Positions 17,551 through 26,500 of a stretch of DNA of 64,000 nucleotides are shown here, piece after piece (positions within the stretch are counted from its first letter, which is position 1; each line of letters starts with the position of its first letter). Location of the stretch: the sequence record NC_031126.1; one strand, 5' to 3'. The translations under genes were made by a program, and so were the position numbers. A model generated the notes under the pieces. The model saw only the letters and a list, made by a program, of their open reading frames with translations. It made no database searches and was not told the DNA's origin.

Positions 17551-18086
17551 TCATTCGCTCCTACCAGCCCCAGTTCCATCGCCAGCCCGAAATCAAACAT
17601 CTGGAAATCGGTCTCTAACTCATCACCGAAGTGGAAGTTAAGAGTTTTGGCTTCGTCCTGGTTCTGTTCCATATATCCAAACACCATATGCATCTCTTCC
17701 CCGAAAGCATCATACTGCTCCAGGGAACGACAAGCACGCACGCGGATCTCAGGCCAGTTCATGGCGAGACCTAACAGATTTTCGGCATCCATATTGCGCG
17801 TACTACGGCGCAGGATTTCGATTTTGTGGCGCGGGAAGGTTTTGATGCGTTCCTCGATACCGGGGTTACGCTTCTCCACTTCCTGCAACGAGAGATGACC
17901 ACCTTCCAAACCAGACAGTGGAACAATCACGTTCAGCCCAAAGCGAACACACAGGGCTTCCACTTCCTTGGAGAAGTCTTCAGCCGGTACAATCGCGTGA
18001 ACGTTGTACAGCTTATGTTTACGGAGAAACAAGTCTACCAGGTGAAGACTACGCTTCGTAAAATTGTGTATTAGCAGGGACTTCAT
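17529..18086 (-). CDS. Hypothetical protein in the radical SAM cassette
   Basis: 185 aa; GGAG RBS; overlaps both neighbours; no recognised motif. Confidence 0.7.
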   Translation of the reverse strand: MKSLLIHNFTKRSLHLVDLFLRKHKLYNVHAIVPAEDFSKEVEALCVRFGLNVIVPLSGLEGGHLSLQEVEKRNPGIEERIKTFPRHKIEILRRSTRNMDAENLLGLAMNWPEIRVRACRSLEQYDAFGEEMHMVFGYMEQNQDEAKTLNFHFGDELETDFQMFDFGLAMELGLVGANECLIMTK

Positions 18087-19389
18087 TCGCAGGTGCTCCT
18101 AATTGAGTTTTCTTTTCTGCCTCAGAGCGAGCACGTACACAAGATACGCAATAGCACTGGGTTTTATCGTTCAAGTCGGTGTAGCGGATTGTACCGGTCT
18201 TCTGATAGAAGTATTCGGCTACAAGCAGCTTAGCCGTCGTCCAACCACATTGGCGACGTTCGCCGTGGTATTCGCGACGTGCTTCCAGTTCACCGTCCCC
18301 ATTTTCGTACGCAGCAGCAGCACAGCTACCACAGGCGTGTTTCATTGGGCAACCCAGGCAAGTTTCTGGGTAGTTAGTGTACTGCTTATTGATTTCACCT
18401 AACAGCTTACCGCCGTCGGTGTTCACAATCTCACGCCCCACGAGTTCGCCAATAGCCTGACGCGTGGTAACGGTTGACATGAAGCGGTTACAACCGTAAA
18501 TCTTACGGTCAAAGCCCAGGCAGGTCATGTGCGTTACGGTACCACAGAATGGACGCACACGCTCAGGGTCGAGACGAGTAGCTTCATCATCCAGCAGTTT
18601 CTGACGCCAATCCGGGTCCCACGTTGCCATGAAATCCAGGCCATCTGGGAAGATGTGAGTCAGACGGTTACGCGGGTCTTTCTGCAAGCCCTTTTCAAAC
18701 CAGTAGTCGATAACGTCCATCATCTGGTTAGCAATTTCCAGAGCGGAACTACGTGGCAGCACATCTTCGTACGTCACGTTACCGGACAGTGTACCACCGC
18801 CAGTGACATCAATCAGGTGCTTCATTGACGCGCCATATTTCGGCAGCGTATCAGCAGTGAAAGTAGCCTTCACACCCAGCTCGAGGATTCCCACGGACTT
18901 GAGGTAGTTATAGCCCTTCATAGCCTTCTCGTACGAACCTTCACGCGTGGTAGTGAAGATACGGTACTTATCATGCACTTCCGGCAGGCCATCAATAGAT
19001 ACGCCGATCGACAGTCTGTCTTTCCAGCGTTCGATGATTTCGCGGTTCAACGGTTTGTCAAACAACGTACCGTTTGTGGAGATAGAGAAGATAACATCAC
19101 GACCATCACGAGCGGCCAGTTCTTCTGCGGCTTCAAATACACCCAGCAGAATCTTCGGCTGCATCATTGGCTCGCCACCGATGATGTCGATAATCACTTC
19201 CACGTTCGGGAGGTGACGGTCACGGTCGAAACACGCATGGATGAAGTCTACCGCATCTGCTACTTTGTTGTTACGCGGATACTTACGTTCGTAGCAATAC
19301 TCACAATCGAGGTTGCACGACAGGTTGGTCACGACCTGATAGGTCTTTGTGATTTTCGGCTCTACGGCCGGAATGAAACTATCGCGCAT
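18049..19389 (-). CDS. Radical SAM/SPASM peptide maturase, CXXX-repeat target family-like (TIGR04115-like)
   Basis: CNLDCEYC (CX3CX2C), IIGGEP, STNGTL, SIDG...HDKYR..GSY; SPASM cysteines C..C..GCNRF..CLGCPMKHACGSC..C; extra C-terminal CYCVSC. Confidence 0.93.
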   Translation of the reverse strand: MRDSFIPAVEPKITKTYQVVTNLSCNLDCEYCYERKYPRNNKVADAVDFIHACFDRDRHLPNVEVIIDIIGGEPMMQPKILLGVFEAAEELAARDGRDVIFSISTNGTLFDKPLNREIIERWKDRLSIGVSIDGLPEVHDKYRIFTTTREGSYEKAMKGYNYLKSVGILELGVKATFTADTLPKYGASMKHLIDVTGGGTLSGNVTYEDVLPRSSALEIANQMMDVIDYWFEKGLQKDPRNRLTHIFPDGLDFMATWDPDWRQKLLDDEATRLDPERVRPFCGTVTHMTCLGFDRKIYGCNRFMSTVTTRQAIGELVGREIVNTDGGKLLGEINKQYTNYPETCLGCPMKHACGSCAAAAYENGDGELEARREYHGERRQCGWTTAKLLVAEYFYQKTGTIRYTDLNDKTQCYCVSCVRARSEAEKKTQLGAPANEVPANTQFYEA

Positions 19390-20284
19390 TGTTTAGCCCC
19401 GCCTGAATAGTTCGATTGATGTACTTGTACGCATCAAAGCCGATGACTTCGGCCAGACGGTTACACCCAGAGTCAATAGTATCGACTGCATTCTGACTCT
19501 GCTCAAAAGTCGAATCCGACTTCACCCACACCAGTTGGCTGCAATCGTCACAATGCTGAGCGAAGAACTTATTGATGCTCAGTGGAATGTGCGAATCGTT
19601 GATACGATTCAGATAGGTCAGCTGCTCGTGCATTTTGTTGTAGCCGTACATGAAGTTCATGACGTGGTCAGGCGACAACGGTTTGGGCATGAAGTTATCG
19701 AACATCAGACGGAAGCCCTGGAACCCGTAGTGATACGTCGCACGGTGCAGTTCCAGTAAATCGTCCTGCCAGCGCTTATCACCCAGCTGCTCACGGGTTA
19801 CGACAGACCACAGGCTCACGTTATTGAGAGCGTGCAGGGTATCAAACACCTCAAAGCGACCTTCTTCTGCAATACGCAGTAAAGGACGTTCTGATTTTTC
19901 GTATCCGTCAAACGAGACGAAGATACGGTCAAGCTGGGAGAGTAGCGGAAGCTGCTCAGGGCTCAGACGCAACGCGTTAGTGTACATCTCGTGTTGCAGG
20001 TGCGGGTAACGTTCTTTCAGTTCTGCCATGAACTCCTGGATTTTCTTGAAAGCCAGCAACGGCTCTCCGCCTGTCCAGTTAATCTGGCGGATTGATGGAT
20101 GCTTTTCCAGCACCTCGAACAGTTTATCTTTCTGGATGTCGCGCGCAACGTCCTTGACATCCATATACCCCGCACCACCACAGAAGCTACAATCTAAGTT
20201 GCACTTCGAGGTGGTAACGATAGACAGTTCCATGGGAGTGTCTGTCGGGTCGCGACGAATGGCCGACACAGCTTCTTCACTCAT
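19379..20284 (-). CDS. Second radical SAM protein (short, Twitch-like C-terminus)
   Basis: CNLDCSFC (CX3CX2C), WTGGEPLL, YTN.L, VSFDG; only CDDC and GC as C-terminal cysteines. Confidence 0.9.
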   Translation of the reverse strand: MSEEAVSAIRRDPTDTPMELSIVTTSKCNLDCSFCGGAGYMDVKDVARDIQKDKLFEVLEKHPSIRQINWTGGEPLLAFKKIQEFMAELKERYPHLQHEMYTNALRLSPEQLPLLSQLDRIFVSFDGYEKSERPLLRIAEEGRFEVFDTLHALNNVSLWSVVTREQLGDKRWQDDLLELHRATYHYGFQGFRLMFDNFMPKPLSPDHVMNFMYGYNKMHEQLTYLNRINDSHIPLSINKFFAQHCDDCSQLVWVKSDSTFEQSQNAVDTIDSGCNRLAEVIGFDAYKYINRTIQAGLNNAR

Positions 20285-20305
20285 TGCAGGTTTACTCCAG
20301 TATTT

Positions 20306-21193
20306 TTATTCGAATGTCAGTGCGAACAGTGGGTCTTCTTTGATGTCCACACCCTGCTTCAATACGAAGGGGTCATGGTAGGCAGCAAGAATCTTGTTCA
20401 ACACTTCATGACGCTCGTTAATGCGTTCCAGGTCATCGAGAGTAACCTTACGTTCGAGGATTGCACTAGCGGCCACTTGCTCTTCAACGCTCAGGTCAAC
20501 CTTCTGCATTAAGAAGCTCACCAGCTTCGTTAAGTCTGCTTCGGTACCCGGCGCTTCACCGTATTTCCACTGCACCAGATACTGCATCCACGGCTTGCGG
20601 ATACGCTTGGTGATTTCGTGTTCGTCGGTGATGGCAACAAATTTCTTCTCGCTGTGCAGCCATTTAAACTTATAGCTGAATGCTAAAAGGTCAAGCATCT
20701 TGTGGATGCCAAGGCTTTCGTAGCCTTCGATTGGGTAATAGATTTCTACCCCTTCGTAGTGCTCGGTTTCCGCAGGCACTTGCGAATACCAGAATGGCAG
20801 AGAACTCGGGTAGTCCCAGCTCCACTCACGACGCACCATTGGCTTGAGACCCGTTTCTGCAAACGGCGTCAGCAGCATTTCCAAATCACCGCACTGGTTC
20901 AACACACCATCGCTGAAGAAGTATTTACGGTCAATGAACTTGCCGTTGATTTCCTGCTCACCGGTATTCAGGTAGATATGCTCAACCTTGTGCCCAGCCA
21001 ACATGTAATCATTCAGCACTTCGAAGTTTTTCGGATTGATTAACTCACGTCCGCGAACCTTCGGCCATTCAGCAGGCAGCTGAGTAATCAACAGGATTTC
21101 GCCTGTCAGATGATACTTCACGCTGTCATAGATGCTGATTTGTAATGGAAAGTTTTGCGTTGTGCGAAACGCAAGGTGCATATCGTTCTTCAT
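20306..21193 (-). CDS. Hypothetical protein in the radical SAM cassette
   Basis: 295 aa, GGGGAG RBS; lies between the Cys-rich peptides and the radical SAM genes; aromatic-rich N-terminal part, helical C-terminal part. Confidence 0.75.
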   Translation of the reverse strand: MKNDMHLAFRTTQNFPLQISIYDSVKYHLTGEILLITQLPAEWPKVRGRELINPKNFEVLNDYMLAGHKVEHIYLNTGEQEINGKFIDRKYFFSDGVLNQCGDLEMLLTPFAETGLKPMVRREWSWDYPSSLPFWYSQVPAETEHYEGVEIYYPIEGYESLGIHKMLDLLAFSYKFKWLHSEKKFVAITDEHEITKRIRKPWMQYLVQWKYGEAPGTEADLTKLVSFLMQKVDLSVEEQVAASAILERKVTLDDLERINERHEVLNKILAAYHDPFVLKQGVDIKEDPLFALTFE

Positions 21194-21205
21194 TTAAAAC
21201 TCCCC

Positions 21206-21424
21206 TTAACGGTTTCCTGCCCCGTGACTACAGCCACCGCTGCACGTCCAGCTGCAAGACCCGCCGCAATTGTAATGCGATAGTGGGAGACCCGCCAGAT
21301 TGTTCGTGGTGCTTACCGTACCACTATTACGAATATAATCGTTCGCATCGTCGGTACGGATGTAGCCTTCCACTTGCACCAGCTTGTCTCTGATACTTTT
21401 AAGTGATATCACAGTAACCCCCAA
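21206..21424 (-). CDS. Cys-rich peptide 3 (short core), putative radical SAM substrate
   Basis: ISLK..RD.L..VE leader homologous to peptides 1 and 2; core CGGSCSWTCSGGC (4 Cys); likely start GTG 21412 or TTG 21424. Confidence 0.75.
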   Translation of the reverse strand: MGVTVISLKSIRDKLVQVEGYIRTDDANDYIRNSGTVSTTNNLAGLPLSHYNCGGSCSWTCSGGCSHGAGNR

Positions 21425-21459
21425 GTGTGTAAAAAATATGGTGAGGGTCGGCTACACTG

Positions 21460-21855
21460 TTAGCGCATCGGCCCGGAACATCCTGAACATCCGGAGCAGC
21501 TTGAGCTGCACGATGAACTACAACCGCCTGTACAGGTTCCAGAGCAACCGCTAGAGCAGCTACCAGAGCAACCTGAACAGCCCGTACACGTCGACGAACA
21601 GCCTGACGTACAACTTGCAGAGCAACTGGCCCCGCACGTTCCTGATGCCGAGCCTGAGCATCCACCTGAGCACGATGAGCAGCTCCAACTACAGGTACCG
21701 CCACAGTCATAGTGCTCACGGGAGAAACCCCCGAAACGCTGTGAGTTATTGGTTCCCTTGTTGCGGATGTAGGTTTGTACACCGGCGGTGTTTTTCAATG
21801 ACGCAGCATCGATAGCATTAAGCCGGTTTTGAATATCTTTAAGGTTGATTGCCAT
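21460..21855 (-). CDS. Cys-rich CxxxC/CxxC repeat peptide 2, putative radical SAM substrate (TIGR04114-like)
   Basis: 50-aa Cys-free N-terminus MAINLKDIQNRL, then 20 Cys in a Ser/Gly/Thr repeat starting DCGGTCSWSC and ending CSGCSGCSGPMR; GGGG RBS. Confidence 0.88.
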   Translation of the reverse strand: MAINLKDIQNRLNAIDAASLKNTAGVQTYIRNKGTNNSQRFGGFSREHYDCGGTCSWSCSSCSGGCSGSASGTCGASCSASCTSGCSSTCTGCSGCSGSCSSGCSGTCTGGCSSSCSSSCSGCSGCSGPMR

Positions 21856-21864
21856 GTTTTTCCC

Positions 21865-22248
21865 CTACGGCCCCGAACAGCCGGAACAGCCACCGCAGCC
21901 GGAACCACAGGAACCAGAACAGCCGCTACATTTACCAGAGCAGCTACCAGAGCAACTCCCGGAACAACCGGAACAACCTGAACAGCCGGTAGAACACCCG
22001 CCTGTACATGCACCGGTACACGTTGAGGTACAAGTACCCGAACAACTCGTACACGATGCGGAACAACCATTAGAGCACGACCAGCTACACGTTCCACCAC
22101 AGTCCAACTGAGCAGGCGTCCAACCAGCGAAGCGATCCGCTGCGTTAAAGGCCCCTGATGCTACCTGGGGATCAACCCGAGGTCCAGTTGCGTAAGTGTT
22201 CTCCACGCTTTGCAGGCGGTCGCGTACGTTTTTTAATGAGATTGCCAT
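21865..22248 (-). CDS. Cys-rich CxxxC/CxxC repeat peptide 1, putative radical SAM substrate (TIGR04114-like)
   Basis: 49-aa Cys-free N-terminus MAISLKNVRDRL, then 21 Cys starting DCGGTCSWSC and ending CSGCSGP; AAGGA RBS. Confidence 0.88.
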   Translation of the reverse strand: MAISLKNVRDRLQSVENTYATGPRVDPQVASGAFNAADRFAGWTPAQLDCGGTCSWSCSNGCSASCTSCSGTCTSTCTGACTGGCSTGCSGCSGCSGSCSGSCSGKCSGCSGSCGSGCGGCSGCSGP

Positions 22249-22310
22249 ACGTTTCCTTTAATAAATAAGGGAGGACACTGCCATATAGACAGGTCCTCGC
22301 GTAAAGAGAC

Positions 22311-23516
22311 TTATTTGGTACCTGCTTCCGCCTGTACGTCGTCTCGAGAAGTAAGGCTCGAGTTGACGTGTACCGCAGCCTGAACCACACCGCCGTACTG
22401 CTTGTGGAGATATTTCGGGTGCGGGTTATCCGCATTGACGTGCGTATTCAGGTTCTGAGACACCGTCGAAATAGCAGAGGTGTTGTTGGCGACCTGTTGA
22501 CGCAGCGCCGTCAAGTCTTGCTGGAGCTGCTGAATCTGTTGCTGGGTATCTTGACCCGAGTTTTCCAGGTCAGTGATACGTTGATTCAAGCCCGCAATCA
22601 CCTGATTCTGGTCAGTGACCATTTTCTGGAGTTGCGCTACGAGGTCGTTCAGATTCGCCATCTGCAACGCCATGCGCTGATAGTTCTGCGCTACTGAGTT
22701 CAGCTGATCGTTCCAGGAACCCAGAGCAGCCACTACCGCATCAATGCGTTGGTTGATTGCCGTATCTGCCGCTTTCAAATCCCCGATGTCTGCCAGCACA
22801 GCATTGATTGCTGTCTGCACACCTTGAATCAGTGCACGGATTTCCGTTTCAGTTAAACCGTTCGCCTGATGGATATCCAAGCTGTGAACGTTACCTTGGG
22901 CGTTGATGTGATTATTCAGTGCAGCCATAAACTGCGTCTGCATATTCTCAATCAACACTTTCAGTTGTTCTAACTGTACGGTGTTACCTGAATTAATGCT
23001 GTCACGGATACCTGCCAGTTCGGTAATGATGTATTCAAAACCAAAGATGTCGCCGATGTCTTTAAAGGACGGAGCAGCCGCAAAGGTATCCGGTACATTA
23101 CGCAGGTCTTTGAAGTTTACCACACGGTCATCCAGGTTCGCGTCAATCAGCGCCTGTTTAATCGCAGCGATGTTCGCTGACTGTGGACCACCGGTGACTT
23201 GCGCACTGGCAACAACATCGGTCGGGATGGCGCTGTTTGTAACAACGACAGCCATACAGATTTCTTTGTTACCGGCAAGCTTCTGGTAAACGGGGTGGAT
23301 GTAGATAAGCTCGTAATCGACACCGCGCTTATACGTTGTGTTTGGCGAGTTCGCTGGTCGCAGTTTAAAGGTATCTGCGTAGAACGGCCCCGCCGGGAAA
23401 GCGAACGCACGGTTAACTTTCCCACCACCCAACACGATAGGAATACTGACGGCGTTAGACGTCATCTTCCCCGTGAGGTCGAGTGGATACTGAAGTAAAA
23501 TATCTGGCATGGCCAA
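22311..23516 (-). CDS. Tail fibre shaft / virion structural protein with long coiled coil
   Basis: N-terminal GPFY..../GVDY baseplate-type domain shared with the long fibres; Gln/Leu heptad coiled coil; H..ADNPHPKYL fibre motif near the C-terminus. Confidence 0.75.
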   Translation of the reverse strand: MAMPDILLQYPLDLTGKMTSNAVSIPIVLGGGKVNRAFAFPAGPFYADTFKLRPANSPNTTYKRGVDYELIYIHPVYQKLAGNKEICMAVVVTNSAIPTDVVASAQVTGGPQSANIAAIKQALIDANLDDRVVNFKDLRNVPDTFAAAPSFKDIGDIFGFEYIITELAGIRDSINSGNTVQLEQLKVLIENMQTQFMAALNNHINAQGNVHSLDIHQANGLTETEIRALIQGVQTAINAVLADIGDLKAADTAINQRIDAVVAALGSWNDQLNSVAQNYQRMALQMANLNDLVAQLQKMVTDQNQVIAGLNQRITDLENSGQDTQQQIQQLQQDLTALRQQVANNTSAISTVSQNLNTHVNADNPHPKYLHKQYGGVVQAAVHVNSSLTSRDDVQAEAGTK

Positions 23517-23549
23517 ACTCCCTTATCGGGACATCCCTGTCCCCATGAT

Positions 23550-26500
23550 TTATAACCTCGGCATAAGATTAACGGCGATGTCTGTTGCGGTTTCCAGTCC
23601 ATTCAACCCTACCCATTTTGTTGCGACGATCATCGAGGTGGCATCCTCAGCAACAATAACTGGTGGTGAACAGGAACAGTTACCGGCAGAAACAACAGGC
23701 CAGAAGTTCTTCGTCGTGGTCGGCAACGTGATGGTTTCAGCATCAATAACACAGTTTGGAATCTTAGCATTGACGCTACTATAGGAGAGCGGGGTATCAA
23801 CGCCAGATGAAGCCAATAATGTCTCTGTCGTACCATCGAAATCATAAATGGCATAAGCACACCATTTAGACCCAAGCACTAAGGACATCGCTGGTACAAT
23901 CATCGACTGCATATCCACCACCATACGCTGACCCGGCGTTACCGTGAAGGTAGCCGAATTCGCATTCCCCGGAGAAACCACGATAGGTACACCGTTGGTC
24001 TGGAATGTCGTATCCCCGGACGTAGCAGCTTGAAGATAAATGTAGACTTTGATTTGTGATTTCGTTGGAGTAACCAACGGCCTCATCCACCAATAGGTAT
24101 TCTCAGGAATCGTCCCAAGGTTAATACCAGTCCACATCAGCCCTTTGGCTGCTGCCGCAGAGTTTTCCGCAGCCGTTGCTAAAGCACCGGACGCTTTTGG
24201 GAAGAACTTAGCAGCTTCATTTCCAGGTTCCCCGATTGCCCACACTTTCGGTGTTTTGATAATGGTCGCACGACGTTCAGAACGCTTCTGCGGTGAAATC
24301 ACCGAGTTGCTGTAACGCGCATCAAGATATGCCGGAGTTGTGGCCGGTTGCATTAACATCTCTTTGCGGAGCAGCCCTATCGGCGATAATGCTTGGTCAG
24401 TACGGCGGTCTACGTCATGACGGTATTCTGTCCCGGCGTGTTCCAACATCTGTTTCAAGCCACCCATACGCTTCACCTTCTCAAGTTGAGTGTCGATGAT
24501 GCGTGAGCTGTCTGTCGTAATCGTCCCCAGATACAAACGGTTATCAGTATCCGCCTGGCGTGTGTCCAGCAATTGGTACTGCGGAACGTTATTCACCAAC
24601 GCGACATGCACGTAGAAGATACGATTCTGGTAATTACCAGGGAAGGCGGATTTCAAATCAACGGAATAGGGTGCAGCACTATAATACTTCGCACCAATAC
24701 GCCAGCTGGTTGTTTCCGTCATGTAGAAGTTCCACCCTTCGGCGGTCTTCACCCCGGCCAGTATCTCTACCGGTGCACCAGACGGCACATACATCCCCGA
24801 CGCCATCCATTCGGCAAGTGACGCTGAACTCCCCGCACAGAACGCTGGCCCAATCGCATTTAAGCTCGTGAGGCACAACTTGTCCTTTAATGGCACCATG
24901 TACGAAGGATCGTAATTAGTACGATGCATGCGGAGATGTGCTACCGTCGCTACAAACGACGTACTGGCATCGTATACGATTTCCAAATTCAACGCACCCG
25001 TGTTACCCACCTGGTTAACCGTAAGCACGTTTGGAATATATAGGATACCTTTCTTGTCGGTGCCTTCACAAAGGATGGATTGGCCGTAACGGCGACCACG
25101 CCCACTGAAATCCGTAAGTGAGATATTAGTGGTAGTGTAGTCCAAGTCATTCGTCGACCAGATACGGGTGACCGTACTCACCGGGAAAGACACATCGCCT
25201 GTAGCTGAAACAGTCGGTGTTACTCGAAACAGGTAATAATCAATAAGCGTCTTACCGTTACGCACCGCCATACACGCAGCCTGTACCATCCATACGGCAT
25301 TAGATGCCTTAGGGCGGAACGTAAACAGCGAAATGAGCAGCTTGTCTGCGGCGTTGATACGCTCAAACGCAAACCCGTTCCCGGCACCTGACCCTGGAGA
25401 GGACTTTACGATGCCAATCAACTTGTTCCATTCGGTGGAAGAGATGTTCAATGTGTCTGACGTTGGAGTAGACCCAACGGCCTGATAGTTCTGGCTACCG
25501 GCCGCATCCCAATAGCAACCGTTTAAGGTGCCATCGTTAATCGCAGCAGTACACACATACGGCATGGTGGTCAACTTGAGATAAGTGTTCCAATCAAATG
25601 CCGTGCGGTTATTCGTCGGGCCAAAGCCACCGTAAGCCGGATCATATCGGGTGTTCGGATCGCACTCAACCAAGATAGCACGGTTAGCCTGCACTGGGCT
25701 CATCAGATAACTGTTTGAGCCCACGAACACCGGCGAACTCATGGACATCTCGTAGAGTGACCCACGGCCCTGGTCAAACGACCACGACGCCACACCGGGG
25801 GCACCAGGTTTCGATTTACCTGACAAGAAGTCAAACGCATCTAATCCATTCGGGAGTTTACTGGTACTGCAACCCGCCACAGAAGTAGTTTCTGGGGTAT
25901 CCCAGAATACCGTTAAGTTATCGCCATTAAACGACACATATGTGCGGTTATTGGCTGTACCGTTCGGCCACTTCACATCCTGATTGTAATCGTTAATCTT
26001 CACACCGTTGGCGAATGTGATTCCAGTCTCATCCACCACCATCGGGAAGATTTCCGGGTTATCAATGGCGATAGCCTTACTCTCAAAGTCGAAAGTAAAG
26101 GAAGTAGGCCACCGTTTAAAACCTTGGCCGCCTGATGCGTTAGCTAACCAGACCGATACACAAAAACCCATGCGGAACTGGGTGTTTTTCACGACACCTG
26201 CGCGGTTTGCATGGGGACCATGTTGTACGTTCTTTCCATCCGTCCAGAAATCCCACCCAGCTTGTGTGAAATAGTGAGTACCGTCGCGTTGATTGATGCG
26301 ATCGGTAAGCGTTGCTTTCAACAGTGTATAATCACCGTTGGTGCCAACGCCACCGGTCAGCGGGAAGTTTGTGAACACCTCGTTCGGTTTACCCGACCAC
26401 ACTGCCACGCAATAACGCGTATTGTCCAGAAGCGCCTTGATAAGATAAACTTTATCTTTATACACCACTAACTGCATGGTTAACGCATCCATGACCAACG

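Noticed and set aside
18049-20284. Radical SAM genes as queuosine/7-deazaguanine (QueE), anaerobic RNR activase or MoaA enzymes
   Set aside because: No queC/queD/folE/dpdA, nrdD or moa genes nearby; the SPASM domain and adjacent Cys-rich peptides point to peptide maturation.
21399-22100. Val/Ala-rich minus-strand ORFs 21399..21782 and 21795..22100
   Set aside because: Shifted frames of the Cys-rich peptide genes that stay open only because of the low-complexity repeat; the Cys frames have RBSs and homologous leaders.
21845-22111. Plus-strand 88-aa PEQ-repeat ORF
   Set aside because: Antisense shadow of the TG(T/C)/TC(N)/GG(N) Cys-Ser-Gly codon repeat of peptide 1; no RBS, against operon direction.
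21206-22248. Metallothionein or CRISPR-like interpretation of the repeats
   Set aside because: No fixed-length DNA repeat with unique spacers, so not CRISPR. Metallothionein is disfavoured (not excluded) by the conserved 50-aa N-termini, the lack of Lys/His, and the adjacent SPASM maturase.
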